Assembly: GCA_035529155.1 (NCBI GenBank)
Contig: DATKXF010000043.1
Span: forward strand, 1 to 43,732
Length of the DNA stretch: 43,732 nucleotides
Reading direction: 5' to 3'
Source: Methanomassiliicoccales archaeon
GTDB taxonomy: Archaea; Thermoplasmatota; Thermoplasmata; Methanomassiliicoccales; JAAEEP01
The notes beneath the pieces were generated by a model. It did not search any database and was not told the origin of the DNA. It saw only the letters and a list, made by a program, of their open reading frames with translations. This document shows, one piece after another, positions 43,539 through 43,732 of the stretch. The position numbers were made by a program, and so were the translations under genes. Numbering within the stretch: position 1 is the stretch's first letter; each line of letters opens with the position of its first letter.

Positions 43539-43732
43539 GGACAGAACATCTGGTGCGACCTGCTTTTCGGAACAATCTGCAAATTCAAGGACCATCCTTG
43601 AGAAATTCGTTTACCTCTCACAATTCTTTCTGGCAGCATCTGATTTGATCTAGGTCGTTCGGTCGAATCGATCGGGCAATTGGTTCTGAATCTATTCGAG
43701 TTGATTACTGTCGAGCCATGGTCACGCGCATT

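Noticed and set aside
42544-43653. 369-aa plus-strand ORF antisense to hisG
   Set aside because: It is antisense to a clear ATP phosphoribosyltransferase. It is D/H/V/L-rich with no recognisable domain, and it runs through the AT-only promoter region.
1-43732. Search for CRISPR arrays, tRNA/rRNA genes, transposases or integrases, and toxin-antitoxin or other defence-island signatures
   Set aside because: I saw no regularly spaced direct repeats, no tRNA-like cloverleaf ends in any spacer, and no DDE, tyrosine-recombinase or serine-recombinase motifs. The window reads as core chromosome rather than an accessory island.

Overview
The window is a densely packed archaeal chromosomal segment. Archaeal hallmarks include HerA/Mre11/Rad50, diphthine synthase, Trm5, a THEP1-type NTPase, archaeal-type CobT/CobY/CbiZ, AT-rich TATA-like boxes, and many 4-nt ATGA start/stop overlaps. 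I support about 46 protein-coding genes. I found no rRNA, tRNA, CRISPR array, transposase or integrase.

Gene blocks, in order:
- 1-4.1 kb: small housekeeping genes, namely a DUF45-type HExxH metallopeptidase, an OB-fold/HD hydrolase, a YkgJ Cys-cluster protein, a THEP1 NTPase and a DUF72 protein.
- 4.2-7.3 kb: a fused ADP-forming acetyl-CoA synthetase, translationally coupled to a stand-alone BioD-like/DRTGG protein.
- 7.3-13.2 kb, minus strand: herA, mre11, rad50, then an ERCC4/XPF-type nuclease where NurA would be expected.
- 13.3-18.8 kb: a small Cys-rich ORF, a degenerate tail-less FtsZ paralogue, a CPA2 antiporter, dph5, trm5 and dcd.
- 18.9-29 kb: a cobamide uptake, salvage and nucleotide-loop cluster (btuFCD-like ABC importer, cobD, cbiB, cbiZ fused to a PgpA/CobZ-like domain, cobS, cobY, archaeal cobT, and an ApgM-like metalloenzyme). 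It is preceded by an array of palindromes.
- 29.2-35.5 kb: hypF, gcvH, mtnP, two flavin-reductase-like paralogues flanking a tail-anchored protein, and an aminotransferase.
- 35.5-43.5 kb, minus strand: a 10-gene translationally coupled operon, hisG-C-H-A-B-F-IE, a PHP phosphoesterase, aspartate kinase and prephenate dehydratase.

The strongest candidates for something not previously described are:
- the XPF-for-NurA substitution in the DSB-resection operon;
- the palindrome array in the btu leader;
- cobY lacking any canonical start codon for its essential N-terminus;
- the catalytically degenerate FtsZ paralogue placed head-to-head with the herA unit;
- the ApgM-like gene next to cobT.

All functional calls rest on motif recognition by eye. 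No database search was possible.
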